64,000 nucleotides of DNA from positions 255 through 64,254 of the forward strand of contig CANRFU010000001.1 of NCBI GenBank assembly GCA_947629975.1, given 5' to 3'. Position numbers and translations under genes: made by a program. Below the pieces are notes generated by a model that was given only the letters and a program-made list of their open reading frames with translations, did not search any database and was not told where the DNA came from. The stretch is from an uncultured Oscillospiraceae bacterium. GTDB taxonomy: Bacteria; Bacillota; Clostridia; Oscillospirales; Oscillospiraceae. Of the stretch, positions 1-10,187 are shown one piece after another (position 1 is the stretch's first letter; each line of letters begins with the position of its first letter).

Positions 1-1169
1 GGGTACATGGTGATAAAGGTGGGCTGGATCAGCTTCTCCTCCACCTTCTGGTCGAAGCAGGCGTAGAGGGCGTTGCCCCAGGTCTTGTCGGCGGTATCGG
101 CCAGCTCCACGCCGATGGCGCCCGCCGCGGCCACCGCCTCGGCGTCGCCGGTGATGGCGCCGAAGTCCACCCCGGCGTACTCGCGTACCGCGTCCACCAT
201 GGTGAGCCTGCGCCAGCCGGGGGTCAGGTCGATGTCCTCCCCCTGCCACTGGACGTGATAATCCCCCAGGATGTTCTTCGCCGCGCCGGACAGGATGCCC
301 TCGGCGATGTCCATCATATCGTGGAAGTCGGCGTAGGCCTCGTACAGCTCGATGGTGGTGAACTCCGGGTTGTGGCGGTTGTCCATGCCCTCGTTGCGGA
401 AGATGCGGCCGATCTCGTACACCCGCTCCAGTCCGCCCACGATGAGCCGCTTCAGGGGCAGCTCGGTGGCGATGCGCATGTACATATCGATGTCAAGCGT
501 GTTGTGGTGGGTGATGAAGGGCCGGGCGGCGGCGCCGCCGGCCAGGGTGTTCAGCACCGGGGTCTCCACCTCCATATAGCCGCGCTCATCCATGTAATTG
601 CGGACGTACTGGATGAATTTTGAGCGGATCTGGAAGTTCCGCTTGACCTCGGGATTGACGATCAAATCCACGTACCGCTGGCGGCAGCGTGTCTCCACGT
701 CGGTGAGGCCGTGGAACTTCTCCGGCAGGGGCAGCAGAGACTTGGAGAGTAGTGTAATGGTTTTTACCTTTACAGAAATCTCCCCCCGTTTGGTGCGGAA
801 CACCTCCCCTTCGACGCCAACGATATCGCCGATGTCATACTTCTTGAAGGCGGCCAGCTGCTCCTCCCCCACGTCGTCGATGCGGACGTAGATCTGGATG
901 CGGCCCTCTTTATCCTGGAGGTCGGCGAATACCGCCTTGCCCATCCCCCGCTTGGACATGAGCCGGCCCGCCAGACGGGCGGTTTGCCCCTCCAGCGCGT
1001 CGAAGTTGTCTTTGATCTCCGCGCTGTGGCGGGTCACGTCGAACTTGGTGATAATAAAGGGGTCCTTCCCCTCGGCCCGGAGGGCGGACAGCTTGTCCCG
1101 CCGGATCCGGAGCAGCTCGGAAAGGGGCTGCTCCTCCTGAGGGATCTGGTTGTTGTTCTGCTCGGACAT
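1..1169 (-). CDS. lysS: Lysyl-tRNA synthetase (class II), 5' part; runs off the window start
   Basis: Minus frame read by hand: MSEQNNNQIPQEEQPLSELLRIRRDKL...GRLMSKRGMGK...RYRQRYVDLI...GGAAARPF; RBS AAGGAG upstream; follows greA. Confidence 0.95.
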   Translation of the reverse strand, partial: MSEQNNNQIPQEEQPLSELLRIRRDKLSALRAEGKDPFIITKFDVTRHSAEIKDNFDALEGQTARLAGRLMSKRGMGKAVFADLQDKEGRIQIYVRIDDVGEEQLAAFKKYDIGDIVGVEGEVFRTKRGEISVKVKTITLLSKSLLPLPEKFHGLTDVETRCRQRYVDLIVNPEVKRNFQIRSKFIQYVRNYMDERGYMEVETPVLNTLAGGAAARPFITHHNTLDIDMYMRIATELPLKRLIVGGLERVYEIGRIFRNEGMDNRHNPEFTTIELYEAYADFHDMMDIAEGILSGAAKNILGDYHVQWQGEDIDLTPGWRRLTMVDAVREYAGVDFGAITGDAEAVAAAGAIGVELADTADKTWGNALYACFDQKVEEKLIQPTFITMY

Positions 1170-1194
1170 ACCGTTTTCTCCTTTGCAGGGCCGC

Positions 1195-1668
1195 TCACCG
1201 CTGGATGGCGACCACCTTGTACTCGATATTTCCCACCGGGGCCTCCACCACGGCGATCTCGCCGATGGCCTTGCCCAGCAGGGCCTTGCCGAAGGGGGAT
1301 TCCTCCGAGATGCGCCCGTTCATAGGGTCTGCCTCCTGGGAGCCCACCACCTGATAAGTCTCCTCGTCGCCGGTCTCCACATCGGCTACGGTGATCTTGC
1401 TGCCCACGCGCACCGTGTTGGGATCGGATTCGTGCTCCTCAATGACCGTGCAGTTGGCCAGGATGTCCTCCAGTTCGGCAATGCGGGAGTAGAGTTTGCC
1501 CTGTTCGTTTTTCGCCTCGTCGTATTCGCTGTTCTCCGACAGATCGCCAAAGGAGCGGGCCTCCTTGATCTGGTCCGCGACCTCCTTCTCCCGGACGGTT
1601 TTCAGGTAAGTCAGCTCGTTTTTCAGTTCTTCCAGGCGCTCCGCACTGAGCTTATACTCTTTGGCCAT
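1195..1668 (-). CDS. greA: Transcription elongation factor GreA
   Basis: EARSFGDLSENSEYDEAKNEQ and ISEESPFGKALLG motifs; start trimmed to MAKEYKL. Confidence 0.97.
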   Translation of the reverse strand: MAKEYKLSAERLEELKNELTYLKTVREKEVADQIKEARSFGDLSENSEYDEAKNEQGKLYSRIAELEDILANCTVIEEHESDPNTVRVGSKITVADVETGDEETYQVVGSQEADPMNGRISEESPFGKALLGKAIGEIAVVEAPVGNIEYKVVAIQR

Positions 1669-1710
1669 GACGATCATCCTTTCTTTTGTTGGGCAAATTG
1701 ATTCAGAGGA

Positions 1711-1739
1711 ATTATAGTGATTTTGCCGCCGTTTGTCAA
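1711..1739 (-). promoter_or_regulatory. Sigma-A promoter of greA-lysS
   Basis: TTGACA-17 nt-TATAAT on the minus strand (perfect consensus). Confidence 0.85.
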
Positions 1740-1771
1740 GGGCTAACCTCTCTATGGTATTCGGATTTTCC

Positions 1772-2197
1772 CTAATTTTTCCGGGACGCGGGCTGGCGTC
1801 TCCTCTTTCCCCCGCCGCAGAGCAGTCCCGCCGCCGCCCCGCCGCAGAGACAGCCCGCCAACTCGACCAGGGCCTGGAGTCCCAGCGCGAAGTCGTCTCC
1901 CGTGAGCATGCCCACCGCCACAATGAGCAAAAAGCACACCAGGCCGGCCGCCAGCCCGCCTGGCAGAAAGCGGGCCCTCCAGCGAAAGCAGGTCAGCACG
2001 CCGCCGCAGAAGCACCCCAGCACGCAGGCCAGCGCCGTCATCTGCAGGGTGACCTCCTCCCGCAGAATGCCGTTGGACACCGCCACCGCTCCCAGCAGCA
2101 GCACCAACATAGCGACCCCCAGAGCAAGCAGTCCGCCCAGCGCCGCCGCCATGGTCATCTGCACCGCGTTTGCCCCCTGGACCTCCGCCTTTCGCAT
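1772..2197 (-). CDS. Small 4-TM membrane protein (TIGR04086/YrzE-like)
   Basis: Hydrophobic Gly-rich helices ending GGAAAG plus a basic tail; usual position after yajC. Confidence 0.7.
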   Translation of the reverse strand: MRKAEVQGANAVQMTMAAALGGLLALGVAMLVLLLGAVAVSNGILREEVTLQMTALACVLGCFCGGVLTCFRWRARFLPGGLAAGLVCFLLIVAVGMLTGDDFALGLQALVELAGCLCGGAAAGLLCGGGKRRRQPASRKN

Positions 2198-2261
2198 AAA
2201 AAGCACCCCTTTTCATATGGCTTGTGCTTCACCATATGAAAAGGGGCGGCGATTCATGCTG

Positions 2262-2648
2262 TCACTTGCTCTTTTTCTTGTCCTTTTCCTTGTCCTTGTC
2301 GGTGTCCTCGGTGGCGGGGACGTCCTCCATGGTCTGAGTACCCTTGCTGGAAACGGCCCACTTGGTGAACTCGATGCGTACCCGGTCGGCGCCGGTCTCA
2401 ATGACGATGGTCTTGTCCTTCACCGCGCAGATGGTCCCGGTGATGCCGCCGATGGTGGTGATATCGTCCCCCACCTTCAAGCTGTTGCGCATCTCCTCGG
2501 CTTCCTTCTTGCGCTTGTTCTCGGGGCGGATCATCAGGAAATAGAAGATGGCGATCATCACCACGATCATAATGATCGAGGGGAGAATGGATACGGACCC
2601 GGGATCGGCGGCGGCCGCCAAAGGCAGCAGTTTTGCAGAAAACGGCAT
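2262..2648 (-). CDS. yajC: Preprotein translocase subunit YajC
   Basis: FYFLMIRPENKRKK...LKVGDDITTIGGITG motif; downstream of tgt. Confidence 0.95.
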   Translation of the reverse strand: MPFSAKLLPLAAAADPGSVSILPSIIMIVVMIAIFYFLMIRPENKRKKEAEEMRNSLKVGDDITTIGGITGTICAVKDKTIVIETGADRVRIEFTKWAVSSKGTQTMEDVPATEDTDKDKEKDKKKSK

Positions 2649-2697
2649 AAGATGTTGTCCTCCATTTACATAGTTGAGCGTTCATGTGCGTAACTAT

Positions 2698-2726
2698 ATT
2701 ATAGCGTCATTGCCGCTCAATGACAA
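2698..2726 (-). promoter_or_regulatory. Sigma-A promoter of yajC
   Basis: TTGTCA-17-TATAAT; a 7-bp inverted repeat GTCATTG/CAATGAC (2706-2724) overlaps the spacer and -35. Confidence 0.65.
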
Positions 2727-2763
2727 GCCCTAATTTTCCATCCGGCGGACTTTTTGCAAAGGC

Positions 2764-3897
2764 TCACTCCGCCTTACCGGCCAGCCGCTCCGAATACTCC
2801 TCCCGGAACCCGGTGAAGGTCTCGCCGTCCAGGGCCTCCCGGATGCGCTGGGCGAGTTTGTTGTAGAAGTACAGGTTGTGCATCACCGCCAGGCGCATGG
2901 CCAGCATCTCCCCCGCCACGAACAGGTGGCGCAGATACCCCCTTGTGAACTCGCGGCACACCGGGCAGTCGCACTGTGGGTCGATGGGCCGGTCGTCCAG
3001 CTTGTACTTCTCGTTTTTGATGTTCAGGGTCCCGCTCCAGGTGAACAGCTTTCCGTGCCGGGCGTTCCGGGCGGGCATGACGCAGTCGAAGAAATCGATC
3101 CCCCGCCAGACCCCCTCAATGATGTTGGAGGGCGTCCCCACCCCCATGAGATACCGGGGCCTGTCCGCCGGCAGATGGGGTTCCACCGCCTCGATGATCT
3201 GATACATCACCTCTGTGGGTTCCCCTACAGCCAGCCCGCCGATGGCGTAGCCGTCGCAGTCCAGCTTGGCGATCTCTTTCGCGTGCCACACCCGCAGATC
3301 CTCATAGGTGGCCCCCTGGTTGATGCCGAACAGCAGCTGGCCCGGATTGACGCAGTCTGGCAAGGAATTTAACTTGTCATGCTCGGCCTTACAGCGCTCC
3401 AGCCAGCGCAGGGTGCGTTCGCAGGATGCCTTGGCGTAGTCGTAGGGGGCTGGATTCTCCACGCACTCATCGAAGGCCATGGCGATATCGCTGCCCAGGT
3501 TGGACTGGATGACCATGGACTCCTCCGGACCCATAAACACCCGGTGCCCGTCGATGTGGGAGGCGAAGGTGACCCCCTCCTCGGTGATCTTCCGCATCCC
3601 GGCCAGCGAGAACACCTGGAACCCGCCGGAGTCGGTTAGCATGGGGCCGTCCCACCGCATAAACCTGTGAAGGCCGCCCATCCGCTTTACCACATCGTCG
3701 CCGGGGCGCAGATGGAGGTGATAGGTGTTGGACAGCTCGATCTGACAGCCGATCTCCTTCAGATCAAAGGCAGACAGCCCGCCCTTGATGGCCCCCTGGG
3801 TGCCCACGTTCATGAACACCGGGGTCTGGACCTCGCCATGGGGGCAGGTGAACACGCCCCGGCGGGCGCGGCCCTCGGTTTTTAACACTTGAAACAT
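2764..3897 (-). CDS. tgt: Queuine tRNA-ribosyltransferase
   Basis: TPVFMNVGT, LTDSGGFQV, DFFDCVMP, CDCPVC zinc site. Confidence 0.98.
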   Translation of the reverse strand: MFQVLKTEGRARRGVFTCPHGEVQTPVFMNVGTQGAIKGGLSAFDLKEIGCQIELSNTYHLHLRPGDDVVKRMGGLHRFMRWDGPMLTDSGGFQVFSLAGMRKITEEGVTFASHIDGHRVFMGPEESMVIQSNLGSDIAMAFDECVENPAPYDYAKASCERTLRWLERCKAEHDKLNSLPDCVNPGQLLFGINQGATYEDLRVWHAKEIAKLDCDGYAIGGLAVGEPTEVMYQIIEAVEPHLPADRPRYLMGVGTPSNIIEGVWRGIDFFDCVMPARNARHGKLFTWSGTLNIKNEKYKLDDRPIDPQCDCPVCREFTRGYLRHLFVAGEMLAMRLAVMHNLYFYNKLAQRIREALDGETFTGFREEYSERLAGKAE

Positions 3898-3906
3898 AGC
3901 TGCTCC

Positions 3907-4929
3907 TCATGAAATAAACATGGCGTCGCCGAAGGAGAAGAAGCGATACCGCTCTTTCACCGCCTCGGCGTAGGCCGCCAGCACGTGTTCACGCCCCGCC
4001 AGGGCGGACACCAGCATGATGAGGGTGCTCTCCGGCAGGTGGAAGTTGGTGATGAGGGCGTCCAGCACCTTGAACCGGTATCCGGGGTAGATGAAAATAT
4101 CGGTCCACCCCGCCGACGCCTTCAGGGTCCCGTCCTCGGCCGCCCAGCTCTCGACAGTGCGGCAGGAGGTGGTGCCCACGCAGATGACCCGTCCCCCGTT
4201 CTGCTTCGTCTCGTTGATGACGTCGGCGGTCTCCTGGGGGATGACGCAGTATTCCGCATGCATCTGGTGGTCCCGGATGTCCTCCGCCTTCACCGGCCGG
4301 AAGGTTCCGAGGCCCACATGGAGTGTCACATAGCAGACCTTTACACCCATCTCCGCCACCTGCCTCAAAAGTTCTTTCGTAAAGTGCAGGCCCGCCGTGG
4401 GGGCCGCGGCGGAGCCGGTCACCTTGGAGTACACCGTCTGATAGCGCTCGTTGTCCCGGAGCTCCGCCTTGATATAGGGCGGCAGGGGCATTTTGCCCAG
4501 GCGCTCCAGCACCTCCAGGAAGATCCCCTCGTAGTCGAAGCGGACCAGGCGGTTGCCGCCCTCCACCTCGCCCACGATCTCGGCGGACAGCTCCCCGTCG
4601 CCGAAGGTCACCCGCGCGCCGGGGCGGAGCTTCTTCCCGGGGCGCACCAGGCACTCCCACACCTTCTCCCCCCGGTCGATGAGCAGCAGCACCTCGCAGG
4701 CGCCGCCGCCGGACCGTCTGCCGATCAATCTGGCGGGGAGCACCCGGCTGTCGTTGAGCACCAGGCAGTCGCCAGGGCGGAGCAAAGACGGAAGGTCGTA
4801 AAAATGCAGATGCCGGACCTCCCCCGTTGTCTTGTCCAAAGCCATCAGCCGGGAGGCGTCCCGCCGCTCCAGGGGGGTCTGGGCAATGAGTTCCTGCGGC
4901 AGGTCAAAGTCAAAATCGGAAGTTTTCAA
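3907..4929 (-). CDS. queA: S-adenosylmethionine:tRNA ribosyltransferase-isomerase
   Basis: [54 protein letters not shown]; TTG start. Confidence 0.98.
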   Translation of the reverse strand: MKTSDFDFDLPQELIAQTPLERRDASRLMALDKTTGEVRHLHFYDLPSLLRPGDCLVLNDSRVLPARLIGRRSGGGACEVLLLIDRGEKVWECLVRPGKKLRPGARVTFGDGELSAEIVGEVEGGNRLVRFDYEGIFLEVLERLGKMPLPPYIKAELRDNERYQTVYSKVTGSAAAPTAGLHFTKELLRQVAEMGVKVCYVTLHVGLGTFRPVKAEDIRDHQMHAEYCVIPQETADVINETKQNGGRVICVGTTSCRTVESWAAEDGTLKASAGWTDIFIYPGYRFKVLDALITNFHLPESTLIMLVSALAGREHVLAAYAEAVKERYRFFSFGDAMFIS

Positions 4930-4932
4930 GAA

Positions 4933-6678
4933 TCATCCCACCGTGACGCCAGTATAGTAGAATTTGAGGATCTGATCGTAAGTAAGTCCCTGCTTGGCCA
5001 TGGCGTAGGCGCCCCACTGGCTCATCCCCACGTTGTGTCCTGCCCCCCGGCCCGAGATCACAAAGATACCGTTGGTGCCGGTATACAGGCCGCTGTCCTG
5101 GCCGCCGGAGGAACCGCTCCAGCTCTCTGCGGTGGAAGTCCCGTCCCCGGTGATGACCCAGACGTCGCCCGGGAGAACAAAGGTGTCGCCGTTTCCGTCA
5201 ACGGCGTACAGACCGTCCAGCCCGGTCAGGGCCTGGGAGCCATTGACCGCGAGACCTCCGCCGGAGCCGGACGAGCCGGAGGAGGAGCCGCCACTGAGCC
5301 CGAGTTCATAGTGGTAGGATTTCAGGCCGAGGGCCCGCACCAGCTGGGCGGTCGTCTTTGAGGCCAGCAGGCGGCCGTCCGCGCCGTAAAACGCGATGGT
5401 CAGGGGATTGCCGCCGTCGGTGTATTCTGTGATCCTGGCACCCGCCGCGGTGGAGGACAGGTTGAGCTTGGAGGTCAGCTCCCGGAAGCTGCAGCTGAAC
5501 GTCCAGTAGTTGTTCACATTGATGGAGGCCTCATAGGGATCGGCCTTGCCCATGAGATAGGGGTAGTTGGTGCCCCAAACGTCTTTGGCGCTCATGGAGG
5601 CGCCGCCGTTGGAGGAGTAGTAGTTGCAGGAGGCGTAGGTCCCGTTGTACTTCACGGTGACGCCGGCGGTCTCCTCCACCGCCCGGTCAGAGTTGGCGGC
5701 GGCCCGGGCCAGGCCCGAATACGCTTGGCAGTCGGTGCTGGGGCACAGGTCAAAATGGGCGCTTCTGTGGGCGTTCAGATTGGCCAGGGCATAGGTCCGG
5801 GCGGCCACCGCCTGGGCCTTCTGCGCCTCGATGGGCCAGGAGCTGCTGACCTCGATGGGCACCACGCCCTTTAAGTAATCCCCAAGCTTGACCATGTTCA
5901 CAACGGTCAGATTGCCGCCGCCCACCCGCTCATAGCGGAAGCCGCCGTACCAGCGGTTGTTGTCCCGGCCAAACGCCTCGGTGTTGAACAGGGTGACGAA
6001 GTCCTCATCGCCGCCGGCGGCGTTGGGCATGATGCCGAGGCCGGTGCCGGAGCCCTTGTCGTCGTACTGGAACAGGATGGTGTCGGTCCCGGTGATCACC
6101 ACGCTGACGCCGTATGCGGTGGTGCCCACGATGTCGGTCACTACCCCGTCTTCGGCGAACCGCTCCTGGACGGCCAGCGCTTCGGGGCGGCTGGCGCAGT
6201 TGGCGATCCGGGCGCGGAACGCCCCGCCGATACAGGCCGGGAACCCTCCCTGATAAACGGCCGCGGCCGCCCTGGCCTCCTCAAAGGTGGCGTAGCTGTC
6301 GGGAAGCTGAAGATGGTACTCCCCCACCACCACCGATGCGCTGCCGGCCAGGGATGCGTGGTAGCTGGTATAGCCGCCCGAAGTGCCGTAGCCCACGTTC
6401 ACGGTCTCCACCACAGAGATCTTCTCCTCCGCCGTGGTCCCCAGCTGAACGAAGCGGTTGGAGTCGTCAAAATAGCCCAGGCGGAACCCGTGGCCGGTGT
6501 CGTTGGCCAGGTTGGCGCCGTCGATGGTCCTGCTCTGATAGCCGCTGTACGCCAGCCCCACTCGGATGACCCTGTCGTCCAGGGCGGCGCCGGACGCCTC
6601 GGAGGGGACTGCCGCACCCCCGGCCAGAAGACATAAAACCAGGAGAAGGGCCGCAAGTTGCACGAATTTTCGTCTCAT
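4933..6678 (-). CDS. SpoIID/LytB domain lytic transglycosylase-like protein with signal peptide and Gly/Ser linker
   Basis: YLKGVVPIEV, EAQKAQAVAARTYA, CQAY, GAGHNVGMSQWGA, ILKFYY motifs. Confidence 0.88.
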   Translation of the reverse strand: MRRKFVQLAALLLVLCLLAGGAAVPSEASGAALDDRVIRVGLAYSGYQSRTIDGANLANDTGHGFRLGYFDDSNRFVQLGTTAEEKISVVETVNVGYGTSGGYTSYHASLAGSASVVVGEYHLQLPDSYATFEEARAAAAVYQGGFPACIGGAFRARIANCASRPEALAVQERFAEDGVVTDIVGTTAYGVSVVITGTDTILFQYDDKGSGTGLGIMPNAAGGDEDFVTLFNTEAFGRDNNRWYGGFRYERVGGGNLTVVNMVKLGDYLKGVVPIEVSSSWPIEAQKAQAVAARTYALANLNAHRSAHFDLCPSTDCQAYSGLARAAANSDRAVEETAGVTVKYNGTYASCNYYSSNGGASMSAKDVWGTNYPYLMGKADPYEASINVNNYWTFSCSFRELTSKLNLSSTAAGARITEYTDGGNPLTIAFYGADGRLLASKTTAQLVRALGLKSYHYELGLSGGSSSGSSGSGGGLAVNGSQALTGLDGLYAVDGNGDTFVLPGDVWVITGDGTSTAESWSGSSGGQDSGLYTGTNGIFVISGRGAGHNVGMSQWGAYAMAKQGLTYDQILKFYYTGVTVG

Positions 6679-6717
6679 AGGTTCTCTCCATTTCTCCATC
6701 GGGATCCGTGAAATAAA

Positions 6718-6746
6718 TTGACACTTTACCGTGATGATGCTATAGT
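6718..6746 (+). promoter_or_regulatory. Sigma-A promoter of asd-dapA-dapB
   Basis: TTGACA(6718-6723)-17-TATAGT(6741-6746). Confidence 0.8.
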
Positions 6747-6876
6747 AGTAAAATGTATCCGCCGGTATCGGCAGGACGGACTCTAAAATCTCATATTAGA
6801 TTTATTATAACCCATACACCCGCCCGGTTTCAACACCATCTTTCAAATTTTTTCGGGCGGTCAGGAGGTCAACGCT

Positions 6877-7968
6877 ATGGCAGCAGAAAAGTACAAAGTG
6901 GGCGTCATCGGCGCCACCGGCATGGTGGGCCAGCGCTTCGTCACCCTGATGGAGAACCATCCCTGGTTCAAGCTCACCGTGGTGGCCGCCAGCCCCCGCT
7001 CCGCCGGCAAGCGGTATGAGGACGCGGTAGCCGGCCGGTGGGCCATGGAGCGGCCCATCCCCGAGGAGGCCAGGGATCTGATCCTGCTCAGCGCCCAGGA
7101 CGATGTGGAGAAGATCGCCGGGATGGTGGACTTCGTCTTTTCCGCCGTGGACATGAAGAAGGATGAGATCCGCGCCCTGGAGGAGGCCTACGCCAGGTGC
7201 GAGTGCCCGGTGGTGTCAAACAACTCCGCCCACCGCTGGACCCCCAACGTGCCCATGATGGTGCCCGAGATCAACCCGGAGCACATCGAGGTCATCCCCG
7301 CCCAGCGGAAGCGCCTGGGCACCAAGCGTGGCTTCATCGCCGTCAAGTCCAACTGCTCCATCCAGAGCTATGTGCCCGCCCTGTCCCCCCTCCGGGAGTA
7401 CGGCATCGAGAAGGTGTTGGTCTGCACCTACCAGGCCATCTCCGGCGCGGGCAAGACCTTCCAGACCTGGCCCGAGATGGTGGATAACCTGATCCCCTAC
7501 ATCGGCGGCGAGGAGGAGAAATCCGAGCAGGAGCCCCTGAAAGTCTGGGGCCGGGTGGAGAACGGCGTCATCGTCAACGCGGAGGGCATCTCCATCACCG
7601 CCCAGTGTCTGCGGGTGCCCGTGTCCAACGGCCACACCGCCGCCGCCTTTGTCACCTTCAAAAACAAGCCCACCATGGAGCAGATGAAGGAGGCCTGGGC
7701 CGGGTTCCGGGGCGTGCCCCAGGAGCTGGGCCTGCCCACCGCGCCCAGGCAGTTCCTCCACTACTTCGAGGAGCCCGACCGGCCCCAGGCCAGACTGGAC
7801 CGGGACCTGGAGGGCGGCATGGCCGTGTCCATCGGCCGGCTCCGCCCCGATACCCAGTATGACTACAAGTTCGTCTCCCTGTCCCACAACACCCTCCGGG
7901 GGGCCGCCGGCGGCGGCGTGCTGCTGGCGGAGCTGCTGTGCGCCAAGGGGTATATCACCCGTAAGTGA
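6877..7968 (+). CDS. asd: Aspartate-semialdehyde dehydrogenase
   Basis: VGVIGATGMVGQRF, SNCS, SHNTLRGAAGG. Confidence 0.97.
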   Translation: MAAEKYKVGVIGATGMVGQRFVTLMENHPWFKLTVVAASPRSAGKRYEDAVAGRWAMERPIPEEARDLILLSAQDDVEKIAGMVDFVFSAVDMKKDEIRALEEAYARCECPVVSNNSAHRWTPNVPMMVPEINPEHIEVIPAQRKRLGTKRGFIAVKSNCSIQSYVPALSPLREYGIEKVLVCTYQAISGAGKTFQTWPEMVDNLIPYIGGEEEKSEQEPLKVWGRVENGVIVNAEGISITAQCLRVPVSNGHTAAAFVTFKNKPTMEQMKEAWAGFRGVPQELGLPTAPRQFLHYFEEPDRPQARLDRDLEGGMAVSIGRLRPDTQYDYKFVSLSHNTLRGAAGGGVLLAELLCAKGYITRK

Positions 7969-8000
7969 GCAAAATCTTGATTGAAAGGGCTGCATCCAAA

Positions 8001-8888
8001 ATGAGGACTCCTGTATTCACCGGTTCCTGTCCCGCGCTGGTCACCCCCTTTGGAGCCAACAACGCCATCGACTACGATGCCTTCGGCAAACTCATCGACG
8101 ATCAGATTGCCGCAGGGGTCGATGCGGTGTGCGTATGCGGCACCACCGGCGAGTCCGCCACCATGTCCATCCGGGAGCACATCGCCGCGGTGGAGTACTG
8201 CGTCAAACGGGTGGACCACCGGGTAAAGGTCATCGCGGGCACCGGCAGCAACGACACCACCGCCGCCGTCTACCTGACCCAGCACGCCCAGGACTCCGGG
8301 GCGGACGCCGCCCTGCTGGTGACCCCCTACTACAACAAGGCCAGCCAGACCGGCCTCATCAAGCACTACGAATACATTGCCGACCGCGTGGACATCCCCA
8401 TGATCCTGTACAACGTGCCCTCCCGCACCGGCATCACCTTCACCGCCGAGACCTACAAGACCCTGTCCCAGAACCCCAAGATCAACGGCGTCAAGGAGGC
8501 CAGCGGCAACTTCTCTCTGCTGGCCCACACCCGGTTCCTCTGCCCCGACGACTTCTACATCTGGTCCGGCAACGACGACCAGGTGGTCCCCATGATGGCC
8601 CTGGGGGCCAAGGGCGTCATCTCGGTGGCCTCCAACATCATCCCCGAGGTGATGGTGAAGATGTCCCACCTGTGCCTGGAGAACGACTTCGCCTCCGCCT
8701 CCAAACTCCAGATCCAGTACATGGACCTGATCGACGCCCTGTTCATCGAGGTCAACCCCATCCCCATCAAGGCGGCCATGAACCTGATGGGCATGAACGC
8801 CGGCGCCCTGCGGCTGCCACTGTGCGAGATCTCCCCCAAGAACCTGGAAACCCTCCGGGGCGCCATGACCCGCATGGGTCTGTTGTAA
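8001..8888 (+). CDS. dapA: 4-hydroxy-tetrahydrodipicolinate synthase
   Basis: CGTTGES, YNVPSRTG, GVKEASG, NPIPIKAA. Confidence 0.97.
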   Translation: MRTPVFTGSCPALVTPFGANNAIDYDAFGKLIDDQIAAGVDAVCVCGTTGESATMSIREHIAAVEYCVKRVDHRVKVIAGTGSNDTTAAVYLTQHAQDSGADAALLVTPYYNKASQTGLIKHYEYIADRVDIPMILYNVPSRTGITFTAETYKTLSQNPKINGVKEASGNFSLLAHTRFLCPDDFYIWSGNDDQVVPMMALGAKGVISVASNIIPEVMVKMSHLCLENDFASASKLQIQYMDLIDALFIEVNPIPIKAAMNLMGMNAGALRLPLCEISPKNLETLRGAMTRMGLL

Positions 8889-8898
8889 GAGGACGCCC

Positions 8899-9654
8899 AT
8901 GCGAAAGATAATCATCTCCGGCTGCTGCGGCCACATGGGCCGGGTGGTGGCCGACATCTGCGCCGTCGACCCCGATGTGGAGGTCTCCGCCGGCATCGAC
9001 ATCCTGTCCCGCCCCATGGAGGGCTTCCCGGTATTCTCCTCCCCCGCCGCCTGCACCGCCGGGGGCGACGCGGTCATCGACTTCTCCCACCCCTCCGCCC
9101 TGGAGCCTCTGCTGGACTTCTGCGTGGAGCGGAAGCTCCCCGTGGTGCTGGCCACCACCGGGTACAGCGCGGAGCAGCTTGCCCTTATTGACCGGGCGGC
9201 CCGGTCCATTCCCGTGTTTCGCTCCGCAAATATGTCCCTGGGGATCAACGTGCTGATGGATCTTGTGAAGCGGGCTGCCTCCCTTCTGGGCGCGGACTAC
9301 GACGTGGAGATCGTGGAGCGGCATCATCGCCGCAAGCTGGACGCCCCCAGCGGCACCGCCCTCATGCTGGCCGACGCCGCTGCGGAAGGGCTGCCCTACG
9401 AGCCGGAGTATGTCTTCGACCGACACTCCGTCCGCAAGGCCCGGGACGGCCGGGAGATCGGCGTGTCCTCCGTGCGGGGGGGCACCATCGTGGGGGACCA
9501 CACCGTAATCTTCGCCGGCCGGGACGAGGTCATCGAGATCAGCCACCACGCCGCCAGCCGGGAGATCTTCGCGAGCGGAGCCGTGCGCGCGGCCAAGTTC
9601 CTGGCCGCGGCGGGTGAGCCTGGGCTGTACAGCATGGCCGACATGGTAAAATAA
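8899..9654 (+). CDS. dapB: 4-hydroxy-tetrahydrodipicolinate reductase
   Basis: GCCGHMG, ATTG, ERHHRRKLDAPSGTA, RGGTIVGDH. Confidence 0.97.
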   Translation: MRKIIISGCCGHMGRVVADICAVDPDVEVSAGIDILSRPMEGFPVFSSPAACTAGGDAVIDFSHPSALEPLLDFCVERKLPVVLATTGYSAEQLALIDRAARSIPVFRSANMSLGINVLMDLVKRAASLLGADYDVEIVERHHRRKLDAPSGTALMLADAAAEGLPYEPEYVFDRHSVRKARDGREIGVSSVRGGTIVGDHTVIFAGRDEVIEISHHAASREIFASGAVRAAKFLAAAGEPGLYSMADMVK

Positions 9655-9667
9655 ATGGAACGCAAAA

Positions 9668-9691
9668 ACCGGACGCCGCAAGGCGTCCGGT
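9668..9691. terminator. Hairpin terminator after dapB
   Basis: ACCGGACGCC-GCAA-GGCGTCCGGT with an A-tract on the left. Confidence 0.7.
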
Positions 9692-9702
9692 CTGTTCTGC
9701 CG

Positions 9703-9746
9703 AAAAAGTCTGCCCGAGGAGAGGACTTCGTAAGGAAGTCCTCTCC
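9703..9746 (+). repeat. REP-like unit, left copy
   Basis: AAAAAGTCTGCCC-15 nt-TAAGGAAGT, containing the 12-bp hairpin GGAGAGGACTTC/GAAGTCCTCTCC; inverted copy at 17388-17431. Confidence 0.7.
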
Positions 9747-9815
9747 GTCATTTTGTCAAGTCATCCGAATGTGATTGAGTTGCAAGGAAATTCAACTTTT
9801 TGGAGGACTATAACT

Positions 9816-10184
9816 ATGGAAAAGTCACTGTTTGAGAAAATGGGTGGAACTTACCATTTGGAAGGCGATTATCTTCTTCCTGATTTGTCGATGCCGGAGA
9901 TTGTTCCTATTGGCCCGTGGGGACAACGACACCTGCGGTACATCTGTAAGAACAAACAAGGACTTTATGCCGCGCTGCTAAGCACGGGTAAGCTAAACAG
10001 CTATCTGACTGATATTGATCGACAGGCGGAGACCACATTCTCCCAGCTGGTAGAGCAGATGGCCCAATGTCAAGGGGTGACGGAGCAACTCAAGGCGGAG
10101 AATCAGATGGCTTGGATCGGGAGGATGAACAATATTCAGGCGGCGGCAATGGAAATCGTCAATTCAGAAATCATTTACGCATAA
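9816..10184 (+). CDS. tnpV: TnpV family protein
   Basis: SLFEKMGGTY..GDYLLPDL...IGPWGQRHLRY...EQLKAENQMAWIGRMNNI; RBS GGAGG at 9802-9806. Confidence 0.88.
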   Translation: MEKSLFEKMGGTYHLEGDYLLPDLSMPEIVPIGPWGQRHLRYICKNKQGLYAALLSTGKLNSYLTDIDRQAETTFSQLVEQMAQCQGVTEQLKAENQMAWIGRMNNIQAAAMEIVNSEIIYA

Positions 10185-10187
10185 ACG

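Noticed and set aside
2706-2724. Novel operator in the yajC promoter
   Set aside because: A single 7-bp inverted repeat with no second copy in the window; noted in the feature only.
5258-5295. Short GCCGGA-type tandem repeats in the SpoIID-like gene
   Set aside because: They encode the Gly/Ser linker; not a CRISPR array or contingency locus.
6753-7019. Leader peptide or tRNA-like sequence upstream of asd
   Set aside because: No Lys-codon run, no RBS and no cloverleaf; the ORF overlaps asd out of frame.
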